Assembly: GCA_963817255.1 (NCBI GenBank)
Contig: CAWFNT010000001.1
Location: forward strand, 67,456-131,455
DNA from: an uncultured Actinomycetes bacterium
Lineage (GTDB): Bacteria > Actinomycetota > Coriobacteriia > Anaerosomatales > CAVRZR01
DNA: 64,000 nt
Reading direction: 5' to 3'
Every line of letters begins with the position of its first letter. Position 1 is the stretch's first letter. This document shows positions 1-8,763 of this stretch, piece by piece. The notes under the pieces are model-generated. The model was not told the DNA's origin. It did not search any database and worked only from the letters and a program-made list of their open reading frames with translations. The position numbers were made by a program, and so were the translations under genes.

Positions 1-1
1 G

Positions 2-46
2 AACCTCCTGACCTACGGTGCCGCGACCAAAGTGACGGTCCGCTAG
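2..46 (+). CDS. 3' end of a CDS running in from outside the window (..NLLTYGAATKVTVR*)
   Basis: Open frame ending at TAG 44-46, with a downstream hairpin at 194-224. Confidence 0.4.
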   Translation, partial: NLLTYGAATKVTVR

Positions 47-193
47 CTGGCACGAGATCGCTGCGCTGGTCCTGTCCACCGTCGTTACTTCGGAGGCTGC
101 GACCGCCTAAGGCGGCGGCGTTTTGGGAGACGTGAACCCGAACGCGGAGCCAGCATGCAACGCATGAGCGTCGCTGTCTCGCAGCGATGACCC

Positions 194-224
194 GAGAGGG
201 CCGTTCCCATGGAGCGGCCCTCTC
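194..224 (+). terminator. GC-rich stem-loop, probable terminator
   Basis: Inverted repeat GAGAGGGCCGTTCC-cat-GGAGCGGCCCTCTC. Confidence 0.55.
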
Positions 225-266
225 ACTCTGTCTGGGAAGCGGGGGATCTGGCCGCGGGATGTGACC

Positions 267-291
267 GGTTCAAATCCACGATGGCCCACCA
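267..291 (+). repeat. tRNA 3'-end fragment (att-like site, copy 1)
   Basis: GGTTCAAATCCACGATGGCCCACCA = T-loop, T-stem 3' side, acceptor 3' side and CCA; upstream sequence does not form D or anticodon arms. Confidence 0.8.
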
Positions 292-656
292 TAGAAACAG
301 CAGGTAGAGGGCTTGATTCGGGAGTACCCGGCAGGCCCTCTGCGTCGTTTCAGAACGCGAAATGTAGCAACGCGTGTAGATATCGTCGCTGCGAGACGGA
401 CGTGTGAAGCCGCGCCTGGAGCCTGGTTAGGCTCGGCGGCTGCGATCACGCGAGCGGCCGAGCGACCTCCGAACCCGCGGGATCCGGCCGCTGCGATTCT
501 TCAGTCACCGCTTGCCGATGAGTTCAGCGAGTTCGTGTTCGGACGTCGCGCGACAACACACGCGGAGCGAGCTCCACCGACGCGGCCTGGAGGGGCTCTG
601 ATACGCTTTGAGGCATCAGCAGCGCGGAGACGTTGCCTCCAAGGCGGGGATACCTC

Positions 657-1481
657 GTGAGTGCATTCGGCGCATCGTGCAGAGAGGTCCGAGGAGCCTA
701 TCGGCGATACGGGATGCCGAGAGTCCCACGGCAGGTGCTCGAATACGTGGCCAGACGGATCCACCGCCCTCGTGACAGCCGGATTAGACAGCTTCTCGAC
801 GACCGCTTCGACGAGGAGTATGCAGTCGAAACGGCTGGCAACATCTCTTTCTCATCGCTCGATGCCCCGCCCGACCGCGTAGCGCACGCTGCGGCCTACC
901 GGCCCATCTATCCGGCGCCGTTCCTAGACCTCATCCATCAGCTCCCCATCGACTTCGAGGAGTGGACATTCGTCGATTTCGGATCCGGAAAGGGCAGGGC
1001 GGTACTGCTTGCGTCTGAGTTTCCATTTCGCAAGGTGGTCGGAGTCGAGTTCTCGCCGTCGCTCCACGAGACTGCGCAGAGGAACCTTGGAACATACCGA
1101 AGCGCAACCCAGAGATGCAGGAACATCGAACTCCTGTGCTTGGACGCAGCCGCCTATGAGATCCCGCGGACGCCTGCGGTCTTCCACTTCTACAACCCGT
1201 TCGGCAAACAGGTGATGGCCGAAGTCGCCCGGAACATCGACCGTTCACTGCAGGAAGCGCCGCGAGCAGCCTTCGTGGCCTACTTCTACCCGGAGGTTGC
1301 CGGGGTGTGGACGACCTGCAAGACCCTCGAGGCATATCCCGTGATTCAACCGGTCTGGCCGACCTGGCACCCGCCGGGGCAAGTCGCCAGGGTCTTTGCT
1401 GCGGCGAACAGCGATCACAGAAGCGGCCCGGTCTGCGGAGAACAGCGCCTCCGTTCATCGAGAAGCCGAACAGCGGGCTAG
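657..1481 (+). CDS. Class I SAM-dependent methyltransferase
   Basis: Motifs FVDFGSGKGR, VVGVEFS and FHFYNPF; GTG start after GGGGGA (start uncertain). Confidence 0.8.
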   Translation: MSAFGASCREVRGAYRRYGMPRVPRQVLEYVARRIHRPRDSRIRQLLDDRFDEEYAVETAGNISFSSLDAPPDRVAHAAAYRPIYPAPFLDLIHQLPIDFEEWTFVDFGSGKGRAVLLASEFPFRKVVGVEFSPSLHETAQRNLGTYRSATQRCRNIELLCLDAAAYEIPRTPAVFHFYNPFGKQVMAEVARNIDRSLQEAPRAAFVAYFYPEVAGVWTTCKTLEAYPVIQPVWPTWHPPGQVARVFAAANSDHRSGPVCGEQRLRSSRSRTAG

Positions 1482-1521
1482 GCCTGTCACGCGGGCAGGT
1501 ATCAGAAGGAGGCAGCAGACT

Positions 1522-1677
1522 ATGTGGTGGGTCGTAGGTCTTCTTGTTGCGCTGTGGGCGCTGGGGATGATCACCGGTGTCACTCTCGGTGGCGCCATCA
1601 TGCTGCCGCTCGCGCTCGCGTTGCTTCTCGCCATGTATCAGCTGTTCGTCGTCATACCGAGGGACTGGCGTCGGTAG
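1522..1677 (+). CDS. Small two-helix membrane protein, lmo0937/DUF5670-like
   Basis: AGGAGG RBS; MWWVVGLLVALWALGMITGVTLGGAIMLPLALALL.. Confidence 0.7.
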   Translation: MWWVVGLLVALWALGMITGVTLGGAIMLPLALALLLAMYQLFVVIPRDWRR

Positions 1678-1830
1678 CCCACACTAGACCGGATGACTGT
1701 GCTGTCGGCGATCGGCGGCCATCGCTCACAGGCGCCAGACTCGGGACGTCTTCGACAGAAGCACCGCCGTCTTTCTCGGACTGAGGATCCCCGTGTCACG
1801 TATTACCGGCCTTCCACGAATGCGCCGCCA

Positions 1831-1865
1831 AGGTTACAAGTACGTCCACTATGGCCCACCAGCAA
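1831..1865 (+). repeat. tRNA 3'-end att-like site, type A (copy 2)
   Basis: AGGTTACAAGTACGTCCACTATGGCCCACCAGCAA; 32/35 identical to 3082-3116. Confidence 0.85.
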
Positions 1866-1955
1866 CCGAGGGGGACTCCGCAAACGCAGGGCCCAATGTC
1901 ATATCCTTCTGTACGGGTGTCACCGGCACCGTACGGTGCTTCGAGGGGAGCTGCT

Positions 1956-2639
1956 ATGCGCGGTCTCGGTAAGGTCGCAATCGTCGCGACAGGCTTCGGC
2001 GTTGCTGCGTGGGCGCTGGCGCTCATGCCGAGTTGGATCTGGGTCATCGCGTCTGGCTTTCAGCAGCCAGGCACAAACTGGTTGCCCATTATCGGCGCGC
2101 TACTCGTGCCGACCGGCCTTCTTATCGCATTCGGTTGGTGGCTGATTGCGAGGCGCGATTGGCTATCAGACCGGCTGTTCGATGACGCGGACACCCCGAT
2201 TGCAGTCGATGGACCCGACCTCCTGCGCGTCGGCATCATCATCCTCGGCCTCGGGCTCCTCATCGTGTCGATCCCCCGTCTACTCGGCACCATCGGAACA
2301 TGGGGTACGTACGCAACGCAGCAACGCGCGGCCGATCAGATGACGATTGTCGAGAGCCCATGGCCGACGCTTGCTGCCGCGGCGGCTATCGGGCTCGTGC
2401 AGCTGGGCGCGGGTGTGCTGTTTCTGCGGCGGTCCGACGCGATAGCGAGGCGACTCTGGCTACCTAGGCGAGTGACTAGGCCTATACCAGGAGAGATGTC
2501 GGCGTGCCCCGCATGCGGCGCCAGCTTCGACTCTGGAGACTACGAAGACGCGAGCTCGGCACGGTGCGCCGCGTGCCACTCTCCGCTCTACCCGGAAGGC
2601 GCCCGGACAGCGCATCCAGGGGATGGTCGCGAGGTCTAG
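1956..2639 (+). CDS. Hypothetical membrane protein with C-terminal zinc ribbon
   Basis: About 4 hydrophobic segments; CPAC..CAAC at the C-terminus; GGGGAG RBS. Confidence 0.7.
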   Translation: MRGLGKVAIVATGFGVAAWALALMPSWIWVIASGFQQPGTNWLPIIGALLVPTGLLIAFGWWLIARRDWLSDRLFDDADTPIAVDGPDLLRVGIIILGLGLLIVSIPRLLGTIGTWGTYATQQRAADQMTIVESPWPTLAAAAAIGLVQLGAGVLFLRRSDAIARRLWLPRRVTRPIPGEMSACPACGASFDSGDYEDASSARCAACHSPLYPEGARTAHPGDGREV

Positions 2640-2688
2640 GTTTCGAGTAGAGCGCATCCGCAGTCGCGTGGGTCGCGGGCGTTTCCTG

Positions 2689-2719
2689 CGGTTCGAAACT
2701 CATCAACTATGGCCCGCCA
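2689..2719 (+). repeat. Degenerate tRNA 3'-end att-like site, type B (copy 3)
   Basis: CGGTTCGAAACTCATCAACTATGGCCCGCCA; 24/31 identical to 3716-3746; core matches consensus at 15/17. Confidence 0.7.
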
Positions 2720-2829
2720 TGAATGAGAGGACGCCCCTGAGGGGTCCATCTGGAGGACTCCGAAGGGGTGTTTTAGCTGGTAGAGGCCCCTCCCTCTCGG
2801 CAGTGCTAGGGAAGGTCTCAGACGGCGCG

Positions 2830-2964
2830 TCAGCCGGTGAACAACTGGATCACGAGGACAATCACAGCAATAACCAACAACGCGTGGATCAGTCTGCCGC
2901 CGATGTGGAACAGCAGTCCGAGTAGCCACAGCACGAGCAGTACTCCAATGATCGCCCACAACAT
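2830..2964 (-). CDS. Small membrane protein, lmo0937/DUF5670-like (44 aa, below the ORF-track cutoff)
   Basis: MLWAIIGVLLVLWLLGLLFHIGGRLIHALLVIAVIVLVIQLFTG; GGAGGTG RBS. Confidence 0.8.
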   Translation of the reverse strand: MLWAIIGVLLVLWLLGLLFHIGGRLIHALLVIAVIVLVIQLFTG

Positions 2965-3081
2965 CCGAAACACCTCCAGGTCTGGGGTATCTTCTTTCCC
3001 GTCCACGGCTCTCTGAAAACGCCCCTGCTAAGGGGAGCGCTGGGGTTCCTAGTGAGCCCCTCGGCCGTCAGTGCCGACCGC

Positions 3082-3116
3082 AGGTCACAAGTAAGGCCAC
3101 TATGGCCCACCAGCAA
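3082..3116 (+). repeat. tRNA 3'-end att-like site, type A (copy 4)
   Basis: AGGTCACAAGTAAGGCCACTATGGCCCACCAGCAA. Confidence 0.85.
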
Positions 3117-3137
3117 GATTTCGCCACGTGAGCTACC

Positions 3138-3692
3138 GTGCAATCACTGTACGACTCTGCTCATGGAGGCTTTGGCGTGCCGACGTTCTTCTACGACGCC
3201 GCTTACACTGTGATCTTCCGCTGGCTCGGATTCGGGATGCAGGAACTGTTTGCGGCCGCCATAGCGGCCTCCGTTGCAGCCGCCGTCCTGCTCTGGTGGA
3301 GTGCGGCTCTGGTGCGTGGGAGCGGAGCAGTCCGAGTTCGCAGCACGGCGATTGCGTGGTTGGGCGCCGCCTGTGCGTTCGTGGCTGCGACCGCCGCGTA
3401 TCAGCTGTTCTACTTCCCGGTGACGCACTTCCTGAGTTCATATCCGGCTGTAGGGGTGGCGCTGGCGGCTGCAACGCTCTTGCTGCTCGTGGCAGTCGTA
3501 ATCTCGGTATGGTCCGTGTTCGCGGCAGGCCGACCCGATCGGACGACTCGTCTCCTGAGATTCGCGAGACACGCACGGCTCGTCGCCTGCGTGCTGGCTC
3601 TGATCTGCGTGGCGTCGCTCGGCTGGTCGTGGGTGGACCTGTTGCGGCTCATCGCCGCCGGCCGCGCCGCAGCGGCCGCCGTGGGCCGATAG
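3138..3692 (+). CDS. Hypothetical multi-pass membrane protein (start uncertain)
   Basis: 4-5 hydrophobic segments; fills the interval between att-like copies 4 and 5. Confidence 0.6.
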   Translation: MQSLYDSAHGGFGVPTFFYDAAYTVIFRWLGFGMQELFAAAIAASVAAAVLLWWSAALVRGSGAVRVRSTAIAWLGAACAFVAATAAYQLFYFPVTHFLSSYPAVGVALAAATLLLLVAVVISVWSVFAAGRPDRTTRLLRFARHARLVACVLALICVASLGWSWVDLLRLIAAGRAAAAAVGR

Positions 3693-3715
3693 CCCGCGCA
3701 CGGGCATGAGTGTCA

Positions 3716-3746
3716 CGGTTCGAGACTCGTCCACCGTGGCCCACGA
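3716..3746 (+). repeat. Degenerate tRNA 3'-end att-like site, type B (copy 5)
   Basis: CGGTTCGAGACTCGTCCACCGTGGCCCACGA; core matches consensus at 14/17. Confidence 0.65.
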
Positions 3747-3823
3747 TCCATGGCGCACAGCCTGCGGGAACCTTGAGATCCCCGACATCTGAGCGTCCGA
3801 TACTGGGATAGCGCAGAGACGGC

Positions 3824-4135
3824 CTAGATCTGGACGCCCGGGCCGCCCGCGTCGTCGCAGACCAGTTTGTAGACGTGATCGTGCTCGCGCACGTGCTCGA
3901 CCACACGAATCCCGACGTCGTACCCGGGGTTCGCGTGCGCCACCCGTTGGTGGTCGATCTCCATGGATCCCACCGTCTGTTCGAAGTCGCTCGTGTGACC
4001 CAGCACGTGGATGTGGTCCCCGGCGTCGATCGGAGCGGCGAGGTGCACGCCTGCCACCCCCAGCTCCGACCAGTAATGCGTGACGACGCCGGCATCGACT
4101 TCACGCAGCGGTCCTTGTTCTTGCACCGAAAACAC
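3824..4135 (-). CDS. Stand-alone translation elongation factor domain-II-like beta-barrel protein
   Basis: GVVTHYW..GDHIHVLGHTSDFEQTVGSMEIDH..GYDVGI..VREHDHVY pattern. Confidence 0.65.
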   Translation of the reverse strand: MFSVQEQGPLREVDAGVVTHYWSELGVAGVHLAAPIDAGDHIHVLGHTSDFEQTVGSMEIDHQRVAHANPGYDVGIRVVEHVREHDHVYKLVCDDAGGPGVQI

Positions 4136-4237
4136 CTCCCATCATTCCCGCGTCTTCGGCAAGGTGTATGTACCCTTCGCGCACGGGACCCTCGAACCGG
4201 GGTGCACGGATCCGCCCGAAATTCTTCGGGAAAACTC

Positions 4238-4265
4238 TTGACTAGTCGTAAGTGAGTAGTAGTAT
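4238..4265 (+). promoter_or_regulatory. Sigma70-like promoter of the PadR operon
   Basis: TTGACT-N16-TAGTAT, overlapped by ACTAGT/AGTAGT repeats. Confidence 0.5.
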
Positions 4266-4342
4266 GCGTTGAGACTAGTGATAGGTTGTTACTACTGGTG
4301 GGTACACAGCAGTGCAACGACAAGACGGACAGGAGGTGGGTT

Positions 4343-4711
4343 GTGGACACAGCGGACGAAGCCATGCTCCGCAAGTTCCAGAAGGAACTGAATGCAGGCA
4401 CCGTCGCGCTCGTGCTCCTCGCCATCCTCGACCGCACCGCAGAGCCGCTCTACGGCTACCAGATCGCGAAGCGTATCGAGGGGGCGTGGCAGGAAGTCGC
4501 GCCGGTCAAGCAAGGGACGCTCTATCCGGTCCTGCGCTCGATGGAGGAGAACGGACTGTTGGCAAGCCGAGTCGAGCCGAGTGTCTCGGGCCCGCCTCGT
4601 AAGTACTACGCGATCACTGACCGCGGGCGGGCGGTGCTCGGCGACTGGAGGGCGGCGTGGTTGCGAACTCGCGACTTCGTCGATGCGACATTGGAGGGAA
4701 ACGTTGGCTAA
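4343..4711 (+). CDS. PadR family transcriptional regulator
   Basis: YGYQIAKRI..GTLYPVLRSMEENGLL..GPPRKYYAITDRGR; AGGAGG RBS. Confidence 0.92.
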   Translation: MDTADEAMLRKFQKELNAGTVALVLLAILDRTAEPLYGYQIAKRIEGAWQEVAPVKQGTLYPVLRSMEENGLLASRVEPSVSGPPRKYYAITDRGRAVLGDWRAAWLRTRDFVDATLEGNVG

Positions 4712-5588
4712 CACAGTCGAGGAATACCTCGCGGAACTCAGAACGACCCTTGCGGGAGAAGATCCCGCGCTCGTCCAGGATGCGCTCTATGACGCCGAGG
4801 ACTTCCTGCGCAGCGCGATCGCTGAAGGCGGCAATACGCCCGAAAGTGTGGCCGCAGCCATGGACGCGTACGGAACTCCGGCGGAGATCGCCTCGGCATA
4901 TCGAGACGCCGAGGCCACGGCCGCCGTCGTCCTCCGCGCACCAAAGCGCCCGCAGGCGACGACGTGGTACGGACGCTTCTTCGGCATCATCGGCGATTCG
5001 TCGGCGTGGGGCGCGCTCTTCTACATGCTCCTGTCGCTCGCGACCGGCATCGTCTACTTCACGGTCGTGGTGACGGGCCTGTCGCTCACGCTGGGGATGA
5101 TGGTGCTCATCATCGGCATCCCGCTCGCCCTGCTCTTCATCGCGATGGTGCGGGCGATCTCGCTTGCCGAAGGCCGGCTCGTTGAGGGTCTGCTCGGCGA
5201 GAGAATGCCGAGAAGGCCGCGGATGGCGCACACCGGCAGCATCTGGGAGCGCGTCAAGGGCTGGTTCGCCGACTATCGGACGTGGACCACCATGCTCTAC
5301 ATGCTCCTGCAGCTCGCGCTCGGGATCATCTACTTCACGCTCGCGGTGACCGGTCTCGCGCTCGCTTTGGGCCTGTTCGTGGCGCCGATCGTCCAGGTCG
5401 TGTTCAGTACGCCCGTCGCGCGTGACTTCACATATGGCTACTACCTGTACCCCTGGGCCATGCCGTTCGTGATGCTCGGCGGGGTGCTGCTCTTCTTCGG
5501 AACGCTTTGGATGGCCAAAGGCATCGGCTACCTGCACGCGCAGTACGCCAAAGTGATGCTCGTTGGCAGGATGGAAGGGGGTGCGTGA
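4704..5588 (+). CDS. Membrane 'sensor' domain protein with N-terminal HAAS-like domain
   Basis: VEEYLAELR..YGTPAEIA N-terminus then 4 TM segments; typical PadR partner. Confidence 0.8.
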   Translation: MANTVEEYLAELRTTLAGEDPALVQDALYDAEDFLRSAIAEGGNTPESVAAAMDAYGTPAEIASAYRDAEATAAVVLRAPKRPQATTWYGRFFGIIGDSSAWGALFYMLLSLATGIVYFTVVVTGLSLTLGMMVLIIGIPLALLFIAMVRAISLAEGRLVEGLLGERMPRRPRMAHTGSIWERVKGWFADYRTWTTMLYMLLQLALGIIYFTLAVTGLALALGLFVAPIVQVVFSTPVARDFTYGYYLYPWAMPFVMLGGVLLFFGTLWMAKGIGYLHAQYAKVMLVGRMEGGA

Positions 5589-6358
5589 TGAGACGCGCAA
5601 CCACGATCGTTCTCGTGCTCGTCATGTGTGTGGCTCTTGTCTCGGCGACGGGATGCTACCGGAAGGAACTGCCGCAAAACCAGCAGGTCCATATCGGAGA
5701 CAACACGAGCGGTGGCTCGCCAGTGGACGACATCAGCAACGTTCCGCTCGAAGGCGCGCAGACGCTGGAGGCGAAGGTCCGCATGGGCGCAGGCGAGCTC
5801 TCGCTCGAAGGCGGGGGAGCCGACGCGCTCCAGGCTGACTTCAACTACTTCCCGGCCACCATCAAGCCGGAGGTCGCGTACGAGGTCACGAAGGCCGGCG
5901 CCGGCATCCTGAGCGTCACGCAACCCGAGTTCGATCTCGGTCAGCTGGGTGAGATGACGAACACGTGGAAGCTCGGGCTCGCCGAGGGCGTGCCGCTCGA
6001 TCTCGTCGTCGACCTCGGCGCAGGCAAGGGCGACCTCGCATTCGGCGGGCTCGGCCTGCGGAGCCTCGTCATGAACATGGGTGCCGGCGATACGACGCTG
6101 GACTTCTCGGGCACGTGGGATCACGACGTCGACGCGCAATTGCAGGCAGGCATCGGCAAGGTCACCATGCGATTCCCCGCCGACGTTGGCGTGCGGGTCG
6201 AAACGCACGATTCCGGCATCGGCGAGTTCGTGGCTGACGACGGATTCGTCAAGAAAGGCAGCACCTTCGAGAACCGCGCCTACGGAGAGACCACGACCAC
6301 GATCGAGGTCTCGATCCAGCGCGGCATCGGTGAAGTTCGTCTCGAGACCGTGCAGTAG
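5588..6358 (+). CDS. Toast-rack/DUF2154-like lipoprotein
   Basis: Lipobox SATGC; repeated MGAGE/LGAGK/MGAGD/AGIGK beta motifs. Confidence 0.75.
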   Translation: MRRATTIVLVLVMCVALVSATGCYRKELPQNQQVHIGDNTSGGSPVDDISNVPLEGAQTLEAKVRMGAGELSLEGGGADALQADFNYFPATIKPEVAYEVTKAGAGILSVTQPEFDLGQLGEMTNTWKLGLAEGVPLDLVVDLGAGKGDLAFGGLGLRSLVMNMGAGDTTLDFSGTWDHDVDAQLQAGIGKVTMRFPADVGVRVETHDSGIGEFVADDGFVKKGSTFENRAYGETTTTIEVSIQRGIGEVRLETVQ

Positions 6359-6392
6359 CCGCGGCTCGGGTGAATAGAGAGGACTGAGGAAG

Positions 6393-6761
6393 ATGGAGTT
6401 CATCGCGTTCCTGGCACTGATCGCCGCCGGCTTCGTTGCGGCCGCGCTCGCACTCAAAGCGTCATTCTGGTTCCTGGCGTTCGTCGCGCTCCCGTTGTTC
6501 TGGCTGTGGATGCTCATCGACGCCATCGTGCGCAAGCCCGAGGACTACCCGTCCGGGACGACGAACGAGAAGATCCTCTGGATCGTGCTCATGATCGTGT
6601 TCCAGGTCTCGGCAGCCGTGTACTGGTTCATGGTGTGGCGGGCTGCGCGAAACCGAGTGGCCGCGGAGTCGCCGACAGCCGCTCCAACGCCGCCGGTGGC
6701 GCCAGTGGCCATGGTCCCGGTGGCGCAGGCGCCGGCTCCGGCACAGCCCCCCGCGGTGTAG
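6393..6761 (+). CDS. PLDc_N-domain small membrane protein
   Basis: FWLWMLIDAI..EKILWIVLMI..AAVYW motif; Pro/Ala-rich tail. Confidence 0.75.
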   Translation: MEFIAFLALIAAGFVAAALALKASFWFLAFVALPLFWLWMLIDAIVRKPEDYPSGTTNEKILWIVLMIVFQVSAAVYWFMVWRAARNRVAAESPTAAPTPPVAPVAMVPVAQAPAPAQPPAV

Positions 6762-6792
6762 CTGGGACGCCCCGGCGTCTCACCACCGCTGT

Positions 6793-6834
6793 CGCACGCG
6801 ACCCCGTGGCCGCCCGCCGCGGGGTCGCGGTGCG
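6793..6834. terminator. Long GC hairpin between convergent genes
   Basis: CGCAC-GCGACCCCGTGGC / GCCGCGGGGTCGC-G-GTGCG. Confidence 0.5.
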
Positions 6835-6946
6835 TAGTGCACGCGAGGCTGCGCGTGGTCGCCCCAGACGGCCGGGACTCGCCGGCGCGCCCTCGCGAAT
6901 CACGCGATCGACACGAGCCCGACCTCCGCGGGATGTTCGGTGCTCC

Positions 6947-7900
6947 CTACCCGAAGCGCCCAGTGATGTAGGACTCGGTGCGGCTGTCGCCGGGGTTCGT
7001 GAACATCGTCTTCGTGTCGCCCATCTCGATGAGCGTCGCTGGCTCATCCATGCTCTCGCGCAACATGAAGGCCGTACGGTCGGAGATGCGTGCTGCCTGC
7101 TGCATGTTGTGGGTGACGATCACGATCGTCACCGCAGACTTCAGTTCGGCGATCGTGTCTTCGATCTGCTGCGTCGAGATGGGATCGAGCGCCGACGCGG
7201 GCTCGTCCATGAGGAGCACCTCGGGGGCGGTGGCGAGCGCACGCGCGATGCACAGGCGCTGCTGCTGACCGCCGGAGAGTTCGAACGCGTGCTTCTTGAG
7301 TGAGTTCCTGACCTCGTTCCACAGAGCCGCGCGCTCAAGTGAGTCCTGCACCAGATCATCGAGTTCGCCGCGCTTTCGCACACCGTGTGTCCGTGGGCCG
7401 TAGGCGACGTTGTCGTAGATCGACATCGGGAAGGGGTTCGGCTTCTGGAAGACCTGGCCCACGCGGCGCCGAAGCTCGACCGGGTCGACTGAACGATCGT
7501 ATACGTCGATCCCGTCGAGCATGATCGTTCCGCCCACGTGCACGTTTCCGAGTTCGTCGTTCATGCGGTTCAAACACCTGAGCAGCGTGGACTTGCCGCA
7601 GCCGGAAGGTCCGATGAGCGCGGTCACGACGTGTGCGGGTATGCCCATGGTGACGCCCGCGATCGCGGTCTCGCGCCCGTACGCAACGGAAACGTCACGC
7701 AGGGCGAAGCTGCCACCGGCGGGGGAAGCGAGGGCGGTCTCGTGCTCGGCGACGCGCTCGAGGATCGCCTCGGCAACCTCGGATGGCGTCGTCGTTGGAA
7801 GCCCGCTGAGCGGCAGCTCAGAGATACGCTCCAGCTGCTGCGGGCTGCGCGGAAGCGGGATGACCTGGGCCTCCAGGGCGACTGACTGCGCGTTCACCAT
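6947..7900 (-). CDS. pstB: Phosphate ABC transporter ATP-binding protein
   Basis: [41 protein letters not shown]; ends YITGRFG. Confidence 0.95.
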   Translation of the reverse strand: MVNAQSVALEAQVIPLPRSPQQLERISELPLSGLPTTTPSEVAEAILERVAEHETALASPAGGSFALRDVSVAYGRETAIAGVTMGIPAHVVTALIGPSGCGKSTLLRCLNRMNDELGNVHVGGTIMLDGIDVYDRSVDPVELRRRVGQVFQKPNPFPMSIYDNVAYGPRTHGVRKRGELDDLVQDSLERAALWNEVRNSLKKHAFELSGGQQQRLCIARALATAPEVLLMDEPASALDPISTQQIEDTIAELKSAVTIVIVTHNMQQAARISDRTAFMLRESMDEPATLIEMGDTKTMFTNPGDSRTESYITGRFG

Positions 7901-8763
7901 CGGATCCTCTTCCTTTGCGCCGAGCGCCACGCGGCGGCGCTCACGTTGATGATGCTGATGCCGAAGACCAGCACGAAGGCCGTCCCCCAGATGATGTCGT
8001 CGGGTCGACGCGGTATCTGTGTCGCGAGAACGTAGATGTGGTACGGAAGCGCCATCACTTTCGAGGACGGCGAGGTGGGGAGTTGGGGCAGTGAGAACGC
8101 GGCCGCAGTGAAGATGATCGGGGCCGTCTCGCCCGCCGCACGAGAGAGCGCGAGGATCGATCCGGTCACGATGCCGGGCGCCGCAGCGGGCAGGATCACG
8201 CGCCCGATCGTGCGTAGGCGCGACGCGCCTACGGCGAGCGACGCCTGCCGGAGGTCGGACGGCACCTGTTGCAGGGCCTCCTCGGTCGCGGTGATCACTA
8301 CCGGAAGGCTCAGGCACGCGAGCGTCAGCGCGCCCGCGACGATCGAGGCGCCGAATCCGGCAGCCATGACGAACACCGCAAGGCCGAACAGGCCGTAGAC
8401 GATAGAGGGGACGCCGGCCATGTTCGCGATGGCGAGCCGGACGAGTCGTGTGGAGCGGCCCTTCGGCGCGTACTCGGAGAGGTAAATGCCCGCACCAATC
8501 CCCACGGGCAGCATGAAGGCCGCCGTGCCGACGGTGAGCAGAAGCGTCCCCACGATGACCGGGAAGATGCCGCCCTGGCGCATCCCCATCCTTGGCGCAG
8601 TGGTCAGGAAGTCCCATGAGATGGCTTGGATGCCGCGAACGAACACCAGTCCCAAGAAGAAGATCGCGGCGCCGACCACAACGAGTGTGGCGCCGCCGGT
8701 GATGACTGCGGCCGCCGTCTGGGCAGTGCGGGCGCGGGAGGCGCGTGACGTCATCGGCGCCAC
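7894..8763 (-). CDS. pstA: Phosphate ABC transporter permease
   Basis: [21 protein letters not shown]; operon position. Confidence 0.93.
   Translation of the reverse strand: MAPMTSRASRARTAQTAAAVITGGATLVVVGAAIFFLGLVFVRGIQAISWDFLTTAPRMGMRQGGIFPVIVGTLLLTVGTAAFMLPVGIGAGIYLSEYAPKGRSTRLVRLAIANMAGVPSIVYGLFGLAVFVMAAGFGASIVAGALTLACLSLPVVITATEEALQQVPSDLRQASLAVGASRLRTIGRVILPAAAPGIVTGSILALSRAAGETAPIIFTAAAFSLPQLPTSPSSKVMALPYHIYVLATQIPRRPDDIIWGTAFVLVFGISIINVSAAAWRSAQRKRIRW

Noticed and set aside
198..291. Intact tRNA gene
   Set aside because: Only the T-loop to CCA is tRNA-like; there is no D arm, anticodon arm or correctly placed acceptor 5' strand.
1670..1690. Possible sixth core copy (GGTAGCCCACA)
   Set aside because: Too short and degenerate to distinguish from chance.
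267..3746. CRISPR array or integron attC array
   Set aside because: The intervals are 0.4-1.6 kb genes, not spacers; the repeats are tRNA-derived and lack attC palindromy; no cas or intI gene is present.
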